NCBI GenBank assembly: GCA_951406725.2
Contig: OX597818.1
Span: forward strand, 27,920,001 to 27,982,000
Length of the DNA stretch: 62,000 nt
Source of the DNA: Octopus vulgaris
Lineage: Eukaryota
Direction: 5' to 3'
Under the pieces are notes generated by a model that saw only the letters and a program-made list of their open reading frames with translations, did not search any database and was not told where the DNA came from. Position numbers and translations under genes: made by a program. Shown piece after piece: positions 37,366 through 50,545 of the stretch. Positions within the stretch are counted from its first letter, which is position 1, and every line of letters begins with the position of its first letter.

Positions 37366-38157
37366 GTTGTTGTGGTGGTGATCGTCATTTTTTAGGCATT
37401 TTTCATCTGATCTCTCTTCCGACCTGACAACATTCAAGCATTTAAATAAATAAAATGCAATTTAGCTTAGTTCTAAAGTTGTAAAACATAAAATCTCAAA
37501 CTTTCACAGTACTTGTTAGAGTCTTTGCAAGATAAAGTCTTGTGAAGGAAGTGATGTCTCCACATACATTTACTTGGAAAATATTTTAAATAACATGAAG
37601 TCAACTAAATTTGATTTAATTCATCATGAGTCCAGTCCTATATAAAGAAGTTAACCATGGATTTTATTTCATCATTGAATTCAGAACTAAATTATAGATG
37701 ATCAAGTTCTTTTATGGGCATATGAATCCACAGATTTATCTATGTATATAAAACTGAGAATGTGTGTCTGTCTGAGTATCTGTATGTGTGCATCACTAAA
37801 ACTCAAGAAGTATCCAACCGATTTCGTTCAAATTTTACAAATGCACTGCTTAGGGTTCATGAAGTGTCATGGGCCAAAATAAATTTTCAACTTCTTGTCT
37901 AATATGAGCCAGAAGCAATCTCTTACACTGTTTCAGCATTACATGTCAAACATGAAACAATAACATCTCTATTGTAATGTGAGATAATAGTTTCACTTTA
38001 ACAGTTTCACCATTTATAGCGAAACTATTAAAAGTGAAACTTATTTCACATAACATATATACATGTATACTTGTGTGCATATATATATGTGTATATATAT
38101 CTGTAGGTATATATATAGATGTATATGTATACATATATACGTATAGATGCATATGTA

Positions 38158-38196
<39 letters not shown>

Positions 38197-38299
38197 CTAT
38201 AGATTTATATGTATATATGCATGTATAAATGTATGTATATATATGTGTGTATAAATGTATATGTATAGATATCTATATGTATGTGTGTGTATATGTATG

Positions 38300-38849
38300 T
38301 CAGGTCACTTTCGAGTGCTACTGGTAACATGTAACCCAGTACAACCTGTTGCATGGTCAGGTCGTCGGCGACTAAACCGGCAACCCCACCAAGCTTGCTT
38401 GGTGAGGAGGGTGTTTATTGGACGCCCTGTGGGATGAATAACAAAACCCGTTAAAGGGCAGAGGAACTCTTGAGAGTCAACGGCCATCCAATAAATGTCT
38501 TAAGGCTGTATCATGTGTGGGGTCAGAAATAATCGGACTAAATACTCGATCGTGCGGTTAAACCATTTGGAGTGAAGGACTCCTAGCCTTTGTTAAGGCA
38601 TCCTTCTAGGAGAATGTAACTCATGTAACAGGGATAACTCCGACATAAAACCTGTGGCTCAGTGGTTACTGATGATGTTGACTTGTTCTTCTTTTCGGAT
38701 TATGGCTGCAGTTGCTTAGTGAGTGGGATTGACTCAGTGCACAGCCTTTCCTCACTTAAAAAAAATCTTCTTGCACAGGCATTGCACGATAAAAACATTG
38801 ATTAAGCTTCGTGCAATGGCCATACTCACTAACGAGGGGGCAGCCACCA

Positions 38850-38860
<11 letters not shown>
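38300..38860 (+). mobile_element. Non-coding element resembling an RTE-type 5' UTR, with a candidate HDV-like ribozyme at its 5' end
   Basis: GC-rich island in (TA)n. CCAGT..ACCTGT..ATGGTCAGG-TCG-tcgg-CGA-CTAA-ACCGG fits HDV topology with mismatches. Confidence 0.4.
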
Positions 38861-38901
<41 letters not shown>

Positions 38902-39160
38902 CTAGAAGACAATTATTGTTTTACTTGTTTCGGTATTATAACCCAGTTTCATTCGCATCTATGTGGGCCACATTTTAAAAGATGAAGAATTGCTATGCAA
39001 ACTTGCCGGCACTTTTAACGTAGGTGTGCAAATTTTCAGCTTAATCCAACCACATATGCAGACATTATATATATACATACGCATTAAATATATATGCACA
39101 TATATATGCATTATATATATGCACACACACATATATATATTCAAATATCGATATATACAC

Positions 39161-39193
<33 letters not shown>

Positions 39194-39201
39194 TTATATA
39201 T

Positions 39202-39240
<39 letters not shown>

Positions 39241-39248
<8 letters not shown>

Positions 39249-39446
39249 GAAAGAATGGAGTTGAACGACGATTCAACAAAATTCCTTTATTCTCGACATA
39301 TGTTTCGAAGGCTGCATATTCCTAATTTCGAAGGAATAAGGGGTGCATTATTCCTTCGAAATTAGGAATATGCAGCCTTCGAAACATATGTCGAGAATAA
39401 AGGAATTTTGTTGAATCGTCGTTCAACTCCATTCTTTCATTTATTT
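39241..39446. repeat. Perfect 99-bp inverted repeat with an 8-nt loop, containing a hammerhead 3' half
   Basis: 39241-39339 is the exact reverse complement of 39348-39446. The right arm reads GAAAC-ATAT-GTC-GAG-AATAAA. Confidence 0.95.
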
Positions 39447-39587
39447 GTATTAGAAAAACACACAAATTTCCACACGAAAGTACGTGATCTCTGCCCTTGG
39501 CATGTAGCTTCAACCATGTTTTTCTGACGTGAATTTGCTACCCAGGTATCGGTTAACTGAATTATCCATACTAAGATAATTCATTCA

Positions 39588-39659
<72 letters not shown>

Positions 39660-39898
39660 CACACACACACACATATATAAATTAACATAAATATCTGGTT
39701 AATAATATCTGTTATCATTATTGTGTGGTGGTGTTGGGTGATAATAATTCACCGTTGTAAAAGCCCTGTAGCAGGAATATTTAAACTTCAAGACAGTGAA
39801 ATATATTTCCGACACAATATAATTATTTACTATTTTATTCCTCTCCATTAATCACACTTGCGGCTGTCAACGCCTTCTCTCTATAGATGCAGAAAGAT

Positions 39899-39949
<51 letters not shown>

Positions 39950-40293
39950 CTGGGAGAGAAAAAGCGACAGAAAAACAGTGAATACTGAGAGGGAAAGAGA
40001 GTGAGTAGAAGCTGTCAAAAGATAAAGACGAGGGAAGGGGGAAAGAGAGAGATGGAAGAAGAAAGGGTGATAACTGTAAGAGAGAAACAACAAACACTTG
40101 TCAAAGTCCGTTTAAAGACAATGAATTTTCACTCTTTTTGCCATAGCAACCACATCTTTATAGCTTGCGAATTTTAACCATTGCGGGTCTCATCCTCACC
40201 ACGCATTTAGTATCCCTGCCAATTTTCAGCTCAATCCTAGCCTCGGTTTGCCCGCCAATAACTATCAAAGCAAAATGTGCATATACTTATATT

Positions 40294-40324
<31 letters not shown>

Positions 40325-40332
40325 AAATATCT

Positions 40333-42637
40333 CCATCATCGTTTAACATCCATTTTCCATGCTAACATGGATTGGACGGTTCGACCAGGGTCTGGGAAGC
40401 CAGGAAGCTGCACCAGACTCCAGTCTGATCTGGCAGTGTTTCTACAGCTGGATGCCCTTCCTAATGCCAACCACTCCGTGAGTGTAGTGGGTGCTTTTTA
40501 CATGCCACCAGCACCGGGGCCAGAGGAGTCTGGCAAAGGACACAATCGGTTGGTACTTTTTACGTGCCACTGGCACGGAAGCCAGCCAAGGCAGCGCTGG
40601 CATCAGCCACGTTTGGATGGTACTTTTTACGTGCCACCATCACGTGTATCTCAACTACAATTTCCATTTGATTTTTATTTTGATGTACTTGACACAATAG
40701 GTCTCCACAAGCACAGCAGGTTGCCCCATGATCCAAGGTAAGCACAGCAGATCATCTTGCAATCCAAGGTACTTTGACTGGGCTGGGGCTGGTTGTGTGA
40801 AGCTGGTGTAGGATACAGCAATGAACTCACTTTATTTGTCAGGTCTTTGCAATCACAGCATATCTCCAGAGGTCTCAGTCTTTCATCATTGCCTCTGTGA
40901 GGTCCAACATTTAAAAGTCATGCTTAACCACCTCATCCCATGTCTTCCTGGGTCTACCTCTACCCCAGATACCTTCAACTGTTTGGGAGTAGCACTTCTT
41001 CACACATCTCTCCTCATCCATCTGTAGTACATGACCATACCAGCACAAACGTCTGTCTTGCATGCCCCATCCGATCTTCTTATGTTCAACATTTCCCTCA
41101 GGGCGCTTACACTCTGTTGTGTGTGCACACTGACATTACTCATCCAGTGGATCATGCTAGCTTCATTTCTTTCGAGCCTACGCATGTCCTCCACAGTTAC
41201 AGGCCATGTTTCACTGCTGTGAAGCATGGCAGTTCACACATATGCGTCGTACAATCTACCTTTCACTCTGAGCGAGAGACCCTTTGTTACCAGTAAGGGT
41301 AGAAGCTTTCTAAACTTTGACCAGGCTATTCTTATTCTAGTGGTAACACTCTCTGAGCATCCACCTCCACTACTAACTTGGTCACCTAGGTAGTGGAAAC
41401 TATCAACTACTTCTAGTTTCTCTCCCTGGAGTGTGATGGAATCTGTTTTCTGTGTATGTGTGGTGTCTATTGCCCCTGTGAATCGGCCTCACACAAAAGC
41501 TATTTTCTCGCTTAATTTTCATTTGATGTTGCTGCACCTCTTATGTGTCCATAGTTTACACTGGGTACATCTTATGGAGTTTCTACCTACAACTTTTCTA
41601 CAGATCGAGCAGGGCCACCTACTTGAGGGAGTGTGTCATGAGTTCACCTTCCTACTCACTAGAACTTTGGTCTTTGCTACATTGACTCTAAGGTCTTTTG
41701 ATTCTAAACCTAGCTTCCACACCCAAAATTTCTTTTCTAGTTCTGGTAGTGATTCTGCTATTAGGGCCAGGTCATCAGCATAGAGAAGCTCCCAGGGGCA
41801 ACCCATCTTGAATTCCTGTTATTGCCTGGAGGACTATGATGATTAAAAGGGGACTGAGGGCTGAACTTTGGTGGACTCCTACTTCTACCTGGAAATTTTC
41901 ACTATACTCATTGCCAATCCTAACTTTACTAACGGCCTCTCTGTATAGGGCTTGTACAGCCCTTATTAACCATTCGTCAATCTCCCGTTTCTGCATCGCC
42001 CACTAAATAAGGGATCGGGGGACCCTGTGAAAGGCTTTCTCCAAGTCCACAAAAGCTAAGTAAAGGGGTTTATCTTTAGCTAGGTATTTCTCCTGTAGTT
42101 GTTGAACCAGGAATATGGCATCAGTGGTGCTTCAACCCGGCACAAAACCAAACTGCATCTCATCTAAGTAGACTCTCTCCCTAATGAGATGGGCTATGAC
42201 CCTCTCTGTGACCTTCATCACCTAATCCAGCAGTTTGATACCCCTGTAGTTATTTCTATCTAGGGCATCATCTTTACCATTGTAGTAGTTGACTAGGGTG
42301 CTGCTACACTAGTGATTGGGTATGACTCCATCATGAACTACCTGGTTTACAATGCAGGTGACTATGCCATAGCCCACACTACCAGCTGTTTTAAGCATCT
42401 CAGCAGTGATTCCTGATGGGCTGGGGGCTTTCCCTGGCTTTATACCCTTAATTGCTTTATCTGCCAGGGAACTGATTGGGATAGCTGGTTTCTCTACTGG
42501 GTCAACATTTGGTCGGCTCTCCTCCTCCCATTCATTCTCCACACTCAGCAGTCTTTCATAATGGCTTCTCCAAACCTCTTTCTTTTCAGAATCATTAAAA
42601 GCAAGTGCACCATCATCCATGTGGACACATTTCTCTC
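40333..42637 (-). mobile_element. RTE LINE, 5'-truncated, same family as the 33.8-37.4 kb copy
   Basis: Collinear RT pieces and the same 3' UTR. Ends at the Tc1 insertion. Confidence 0.92.
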
Positions 42638-42649
42638 CTAATATATATA

Positions 42650-43805
42650 TGTGTATTGGTCAAAATAATGGAAACACCTGGCATCATAGCATCATAATTT
42701 TAAAATATCTGTAAAACCCTCAAAAGCTTGTTTATTTTTGTTTTTTGATTTATTATTGGTGTTTCTTAATATGTTTTGCTAAAATTGCTGTTTCTTTTCA
42801 GATATCATCAGAAAAAGTTGATTAAAATTCATCAAAATGACAGAACTATCAAACTTTCAAAGAGGTTAAATTGTTGGTGCCCATATGGTAGGTGCTAGTG
42901 TAGCAAAAACAGCCGAAATGTTTAGTGTATCAAGAAGTACTGTCTCAAAAGTAATGACAGCCTTTGAGAAAGTGAGAAAACCTCCTCACTGAAAAAAAAC
43001 TCCAGAAGAAAACCAAAACTTTCAGATAGGGACCGTCGGAATCTTACGTGAATTGCTAGAAAGGATCACAAAAGTACAGCTCTCAATATTACTGCACAGC
43101 TTAATGAGCTTGTGGAAACTCAGTTTCCACAAAAACTGTTCACTGGGAGCTGCACAAAGCCAAAACACACTACTTTCAAAAACAAACGTTGCAAAGCATT
43201 TAGAGTGGAGTAAAAACCTACAGAATTGGTCCCTAGAGCAGTGGAAGAATGTTATTTTCTTTGACGAGTCATCCTTTACCTTATTTCCGACCACCAACCA
43301 AAAGAAGCATTTGACCCAGACTGCCTTCTCCTACTGGAGGAGGATCTATGATGATCGGGGGTGGGCTGTCTGTGTCTTGGAGATTTATCAGCCCAAGACT
43401 ATTTAAGCATTTTATCTGATCAAATCCATCCTATGTTTGTGGAACTGTTTCCGGAGGGAAACACAATCTTTCAAGATGATAATGCACCAATTCACACAGC
43501 TAAAGTTGTTACTGAAGGGCATGAAGGACATTCTAGTGAAGTTGAACGTCTTATCTTGCCACCACAGTTTCCAGATCTCAATATTATTGAACATTTATGG
43601 TGCATTTTAGAAAAACAAGGATTCAATATCCTCCACCATTATCACTACAAGAACTGGTGACTGTTTTAGCTGAAGAATGGACAAAAGTTCCTTTGAAAAT
43701 AATTCAAACTATGTACAAGTCTATACCGCGTAGAATTCAAGCTATAATTACTGCCAATTACTGTTTGAAATTTTAAGGTGTTTCCATTATTTTGTCCAGC
43801 CCCTG
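42650..43805 (+). mobile_element. Tc1-family DNA transposon, defective
   Basis: TIR CAGGGGCTGGACAAAATAATGGAAACACCT (right intact, left decayed), TA flanks. HTH, FDESSF, QDDNAPIH and PDLNIIEHLW motifs. Confidence 0.92.
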
Positions 43806-43819
43806 TATATATATATACA

Positions 43820-43865
<46 letters not shown>

Positions 43866-43906
43866 ATGTATATACATATACATATATATATATATTTATA
43901 TGTATG

Positions 43907-43946
<40 letters not shown>

Positions 43947-44784
43947 TCATCATCATCATCATCGTTGTTTAACCTCTACTTTCGATGCTGGCATGGGTTG
44001 GACGGTTTGGTTGGAAATGACTGAAGGAGATTGAAATGGAATGACTGGTAAAGCTCCAATAGAAAGTTTATCTCTTAGGGACAGCAAGGATTATTAGGAC
44101 CTTTCTAAGCACTTGAAAACTTGTGGCTATCTAAAGTTACAGGTAGTAACCCACTATCCACATAAATCCTACCAGGAATGAGTCAAACGAAAATAATAAT
44201 CACTAATCTAACTCTTATTATTTTATTTTGAAAATATTGTAAATACATGATTTTATAATTGTTTTATGAATTTAATACACTTGCTCAACAAAAAGTAAGT
44301 TTCATTTTTCAAAAATACATTTTGGCTAACCTAACTGCTTGCCTCCCTATTTATTTTTAAATGAGTAGCAAATTTAAATGTAATAGACATTGAGAGACCT
44401 GGCTCACATTTTTAGAAACTTTTCGATAAATTTAAAGACACTACTAACCTCAACATAATTTACCTTCTAACAATCCATAAAATACAATTATTTAGGCAGC
44501 TGAATGAAAAATTAAGAACAGCAATCAGCAGAAGTGTAATATTTAAAGTAGTCTCATATAAATGTACTTCTGTTAAAATCAAATTATTATTGCAATGTCT
44601 TTAAAAAAGAGAAACACTAGAAGCAATGTAGACAATGAAATGTCTAGTTGAAATTACTGCTCAGAAAATATGAAATAGCAAATCTAACTAGAAATTTCTT
44701 AATATTAATCAGGAGACATTTATCAATCAACCACCTACTTTATAAGATATTCAATAAAATACTTTGAAGTTTGCAATTCATAAG

Positions 44785-44870
44785 GAATGCCAGCAGTATT
44801 GTAGAAATCAAATTCAAAAGCAGCACCCAAGAAAGTGAATATAAGATGAAAGAAAACAGTCTGTTCAATG
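44785..44870 (+). CDS. Candidate cytoplasmic exon (phase 2-1), KNASSIVEIKFKSSTQESEYKMKENSLFN
   Basis: Open frame, and the length (86 nt) restores phase to 61458. Both splice sites are weak (ttcatAAG, ATG|GTTAAG). Confidence 0.25.
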
Positions 44871-45139
44871 GTTAAGTTAACCATCTACAGAGTTAAAGCC
44901 GCATACTAAGAAGCTTATATAAAAGCTGAAAAAGACTACATCTTAATAAGGTAATCTTGATTGAGCAAACCTTTCACCAGAGGTATACTAGCTGTGACCT
45001 CTGCATCTTTTCTTTGTGTTCAGTGGACCTGGAAAAACATTATTCAATGTGTTCCTTTTTCCTTTTTTAAGATGGTTGAGTATGGTTTAGCCATTTCTTT
45101 AAACATAACTTCATCTTTAAGAATAAAGAAAAGATGAAT

Positions 45140-45754
45140 ATAGTCAGACAGATAAATGACTTAAAAGGTCATGTTGCAAGAGAGAAAGTGTTTGTTTTGC
45201 TTGATGAGGAATGCTTGGATGATGTGGGTGGAATGAGTGGGTGTGTTGTCATGGTGGAGTTGCCAGTTCTTTGCTGCCCACAGGTTGGGTTGTTTTCACC
45301 GCACAACTTCATGAAGGTGACAAAGAACCCCCAGGTAGTACTTTTTGTTAATTGCCTGGCCACAACATGGCCCACTGTCCACTGAGGTGAAGTCATTTTT
45401 GAACCGGTTGTACCACTCTTTTATTTGTGTTTTTCCCATAGCATCATCTCCAAAGGCTTTCTGAATCTCCTCAATAGCCTGGGTTTGCGTATCACCAAGT
45501 GTTTAATAAAATTTGATACAGTATCTTTGCTCAATGTGCTTGGTCATCACGACACAAAAAGAAAAATTGCACCACACACTCTCCATGTCTGTACTCAATG
45601 CATCACTGTGGGTGAATGGCACAACCTACAGAAATGAAAATTTTTGTGCATGCTCAGGAAGAATGCAGCCACCTAATATTCATGCAGATTTTGTTCATGC
45701 ATTATTATTTTGTGCGTAAAAAATCAAGGTTGGATACTTTTTGACTACACCTTG
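45140..45754 (-). mobile_element. mariner relic (one TIR + transposase fragment)
   Basis: TA-CAAGGTGTAGTCAAAAAGTATCC terminus and NWQLHHDNTPTH. Confidence 0.7.
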
Positions 45755-46431
45755 TATTTCTCATTTTACTGCATCTCTTGTTTTTTTTGTGAAGGCATAT
45801 GGCCAAGAGGTTAGTGTATTGCAATCATAATCGCCAGTGTATGGGTTCAATTTCTAGACTGAGCAATGTATTCTGTTCTTGAGTAAAACACTTCATTTAG
45901 TGCTGTGTGGGGGTCTGCATGTCAAAGAATAGATCCAATGTTTTCTCTATATGACATGTGGAAGAGGTGGAAATAAGATTTGCACTCTGACCTCATAAAA
46001 GTCTCACCTGCAATGACTACACAAACAGGCCCATGGCCTAGAAGGTTGTCACCTGAGTGGTGCAGAGGTGTCACCCTCCAGGAGTGTGGAATCACCAACA
46101 AATGATCGATGCAGTGATGTGTTGTTACAGTGCATGGTCCCAAACCACTGCTACTACTACTATTGTTTCTACACATTTCATTCCATACATAGGCAGCTTT
46201 GGTACAGGTTATTAGGGCTGATTCATTAAAAAATTCCTACAGGTAGCTTTCTCATGAAAGAAGGAATTAATGAATCGCTTTTTGTATGAATTCAAGTCAG
46301 AAATAGATGGAGCTATTGTAGAATTTTGTTCGTTTTTTTATTGTAAAATTACATATTTTTATATATGTTTATATTTTCTTATAAGATAATATACGTACAT
46401 TTATTTAAGTATTTTGTTGTTTTTATCTTAG

Positions 46432-46440
46432 ACCTGATGA
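46432..46440 (+). CDS. Candidate 9-nt microexon ACCTGATGA
   Basis: T-rich acceptor ttgttgtttttatcttAG and donor GTAACT. Frame-neutral. Confidence 0.3.
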
Positions 46441-46869
46441 GTAACTATATTTACTAATTATATACTAATTATTTATTATTTTGTACTTTATTTAGTTCTA
46501 GGTAAATGCTTTATTGTATCTTTAATTTTTGGCACGTAAAAAGCACCATCCGATTGTGGCCTTTGCCAGCCTCATCAGGCACCTGTGCAGGTGGCACATA
46601 AAAAGCACCCACTACACTCTCGGAGTGGTTGGCATTAGGAAGGGCATCCAGCTGTAGAAACACTGCCAGATCAGACTGGGCCTGGCGCAGCCTTCTGGCT
46701 TCCCAGACCCCAGTTGAACTGTCCAACCCATGCTAGTATGGAAAATGGACGTTAAACGATGATGATGATGATGATGGTATGATTTAAGTATATCATTGCT
46801 GAATTGCTACATGGTGGTTCTTCTCTAATTTATATACATATATATATATTTATTACTAACTTATCTAGA

Positions 46870-47260
46870 AGATATGAAGGCCGACCTAAACCAGCTATCA
46901 GCAACCATCTATGCAAAACACAAGGAACACCCACCCACCACCAGCTAGAAAATCATACACACACAGCTCCATACAAAAACTACTCACATTGCTACCTCTG
47001 AACAACATAAAACATAACTTAGAACAATGCAAATATCAAGCTACCTTTACCTCAACATTCTTGTTAAATGTATGTGGCATCAACCCATCACTCATTGCCC
47101 AAAAATGGAAGATCCCATTTATAGTTGGCTTGCCAAAATGACACATTGCTTCCCTTTCTTTATCCTCACTGACACTTTCCTGAACAGCACACATATGGCT
47201 GCCAAGGTGAAAATAAAAGATTTCACCATCATCCGTGCTGATCACATAAATTGATATAAA
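46870..47260 (+). mobile_element. CR1-group APE endonuclease N-terminal fragment
   Basis: LLNVCGINPSL..KIPF / LILTDTFLN..KIKDFTIIRADH. Confidence 0.65.
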
Positions 47261-47778
47261 GGGGGGACTATAATTTAAAATTGAATTGATTTTCAATTAA
47301 ATTTAAATTTAATTGTAATTCGAATTTAATTATAGCCATGAAACGTACATAGATTTTTTTACTTATTATATATTGATTATACAATTTTAAACTTTTTGTG
47401 ATCTAGTTATATGTTTTAAAAAATATATTTTATTTTTTAGTTATGATTTGGTTTATGTCTATCATTGTTTGAATTGCATAATAGTGGTTTTTCTCTAATT
47501 TATATATTATATACTTATATTGTGAAATTTGATTTAATACTAAATTGAATTTTTCCTTGTAAGTTTGGAGTTATGCTCCCTAATATTATATATCATCATC
47601 ATCATAATCATCATCATCATTGTTTAACGTCCGTTTTCCGTGCTAGCATGGGTTGGTATATGTATATATATATATATATATATATTTGTATATATAAACA
47701 TATATATATAAATACATATATATAAACATATGTATATATACATATATATACACATATACATACATATATATACATATG

Positions 47779-47851
<73 letters not shown>

Positions 47852-48203
47852 TTTATGGCTGTAAGACTTTTTACTGATGTACATGTATAATTATTCTTTT
47901 TCTGCTGTATTTGTATAGTTATTTTTTTATTGTAGCCATATTATTGTTATATTATTTTAGTTTGTCTTGTTTGTTTTAGTGCTTGTTATATATGTTCGCT
48001 AGCTATTCCCAGAAGCTTTCTGCTTTGGCACTGCCAAGATGGAGTGATATCAATGGTAAAACCATGAAACCACTGTGATTTCTTGGACATTGACTAATGC
48101 GGAAACAACTGTGAATTTTCTGTGTACTATGATTTTGTCTACTTTTCCATATGTTGTGGTTCTGTTAAATTTTTCCATTTATTGTGCTCTTTTTATTCAA
48201 TCT

Positions 48204-48253
<50 letters not shown>

Positions 48254-48489
48254 ATGTATGTATGTATATGTATACGTCTATTTGAGTTAGAGGTTAAACA
48301 ACCATCTAAGGGATAATAAATATACTACTGAATGTATACCTATGTATTTATATCCAAATGCATACTGTTGCAAAGAAATAGTGCAGTTGAATAATAGGTA
48401 TGAGTGGGTGTAAACAGAAATTTACCCAGAATTTATAAGGCAAAGAAATATTATTCACTCTCTTATTCTTGTTCATTTATTTATTTACT

Positions 48490-48593
48490 TTTCTGTTTGC
48501 TTATTTATACATATGATTATAATTAATAGATAGATCCAATTGATGTTTGCAGGCTGATATTTGTTAATTGATTATCTCCATTTTTTTCTTTGC

Positions 48594-48632
<39 letters not shown>

Positions 48633-48732
48633 CAAAGAAGAAAATGGAAATACTCAATTAACAAATATCAGCCTGCAAACATCAATTGGATCTATCTATT
48701 AATTATAATCATATGTATAAATAAGTAAACAG

Positions 48733-48735
<3 letters not shown>
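48490..48735. repeat. 106-bp inverted repeat around a (TA)n spacer
   Basis: 48490-48595 versus 48630-48735, about four mismatches. Confidence 0.92.
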
Positions 48736-48769
<34 letters not shown>

Positions 48770-48789
48770 GAGAGAGAGAAATCAGCATG

Positions 48790-50110
48790 AGGCTATTATC
48801 TACAAATCTGGATCAGAAAGCTCAGGAATACCCAGTATTAAGTGTTCTAACTCTTCTATATATGAAATTGTTAAGGTTTTATATAGTATTTGTGATAAAC
48901 ATGATTTTGGTAAGGCTTTCAGTGGGCTGCATACCCTTCATATGAGTAACTGCTTTATATCATTGTGTATACTATCATATCAGTGGCACTGGAAAGCTGG
49001 TCTTTCTGGAATCAGATGTGCCCACAACATCTTATCATTTGTTAATTCAGAGTTACTGCTTTCCTTGCCAGGTTGTTGTTCCAGCTTGCAAAGTTCTTGC
49101 CTCCTCCATGTGTAGTTGAGAAATCTTTTTCTTATATGATGGGTTTGTTCCCACTTTTAATGTGGATCTTCTTACTTAGCTATGAAATCACATCCCTCCA
49201 TGTCTTCTACAAATTACCTGGTATTTTTATGATAGTATCTGCATGTCTATGAGCAGGTAGGAGATTTGAAACAAAAGGTCAATAATCTGGAAAGGACTGG
49301 GTATAGTGGTTAGTGTGGAGATAACAAGAGTGGTTAACAAGAGGAGAGTGGAGTGAAATGGAGGAGGTCTGAGTGATAGTATTAAAGGCCAGCATGCTCC
49401 AAGGTGCACAGACTATGTAGCCCTTCTGTGGATGTGACTCAAAAAGTTTGTGTGCATAGCAGCAACCCTGTCCTAATTGTGAATGCATTACTCTACTGAG
49501 GATCTCACTTGAATCTTGTAGAGATTCTGCAGCTGTTAGAGTCTGAAATATTCTGATCATGAAGAGAAAGGCTATTCTGAGTTGCATTCCTATTCATGCT
49601 CAGAATGTGCTTTCACTTGGAGATGTCTCCAGTGGTAATGAAACCCTGTATTTGGAGTGACTGTAAGTTAGTTGTGTATGACATATGTGAGGTGAGTGCA
49701 GTGTTGTTTTCTTGTTATCAGTAGTGCTAAAATTTTTTCTTTCTTTTTGTTTTTGCTACTAAAAGAGATGCAGTTGGCACGAACCCTCTGGAGGATGTTC
49801 ACATGGTCTCTATTCATGGAATCAATGCAAGTTTGGCAGGAGGTAAGAATGATGCATGGTCAGGGAAAGATAGGGAGGAATAAAGATTCATATCATTAGC
49901 CTTAGAATGGGCATTGTTAGATGCCATGGCTGATAAGTCATTGATGTATAGAAGGAAAAGAGTGGTGGGGTAAAACTGAACCCTGGGGACCATCAAGTTT
50001 GACTGAGAGGGAAATAGAAAGGGCTCTGATCAGCATATGCTGCAATGGCTCAATCTGATAGGAAGCTACCAGTCTAAGAGATGAAAGATGTTTAGAACTC
50101 ATAAATGGGA
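48790..50110 (-). mobile_element. Highly degenerate CR1/Jockey-group RT
   Basis: GPQGSVL / LFLLYINDL..(YADD-like) NDMNLYSSL. Confidence 0.7.
49766..49842 (+). CDS. Candidate cytoplasmic exon (phase 2-1) inside an antisense CR1 relic, KDAVGTNPLEDVHMVSIHGINASLAG
   Basis: Long T tract, AAG acceptor, strong donor GAG|GTAAGA, open frame, 77 nt restores phase. Confidence 0.25.
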
Positions 50111-50469
50111 AGTTTTGCCAAGAGATTTGCATAAGGCAAAAATTTTTTAAATAATACAGAATTTAAGCTATGTCCTCAGGTGAAAGTTCTTCTAGGTTTA
50201 AAATTTCCTTAAATCTAGCCCATTTCATGGGATTTTCAATAGACATATCGTTAAATTATTCTATTTTAACAATGCTCAATATTACTGAATCTAGATTTAA
50301 TTATCAGAATCTAAAATATCTAGCTTCTAATAATCAAACAAATGATAATACATTCAATGCTGCAATTAAAACTTTTATAGCTCATCTATCTATAATATGT
50401 AACCTCAAAAATAATTATACTCATGCTTCTAATTTCAGTAATAATAGTATTATTTAACTAATCAGATAC

Positions 50470-50539
<70 letters not shown>

Positions 50540-50545
<6 letters not shown>

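Noticed and set aside
48786-48910. + strand open frame containing ITIM-like SIYEIV and a GTAAGG donor
   Set aside because: No polypyrimidine tract (it follows (GA)n), and the - strand reads as the CR1 relic's C-terminus.
50170-50457. 95-aa ORF as a host exon or gene
   Set aside because: No recognisable domain or splice signals; possibly a PLE 5' fragment, but unsupported.
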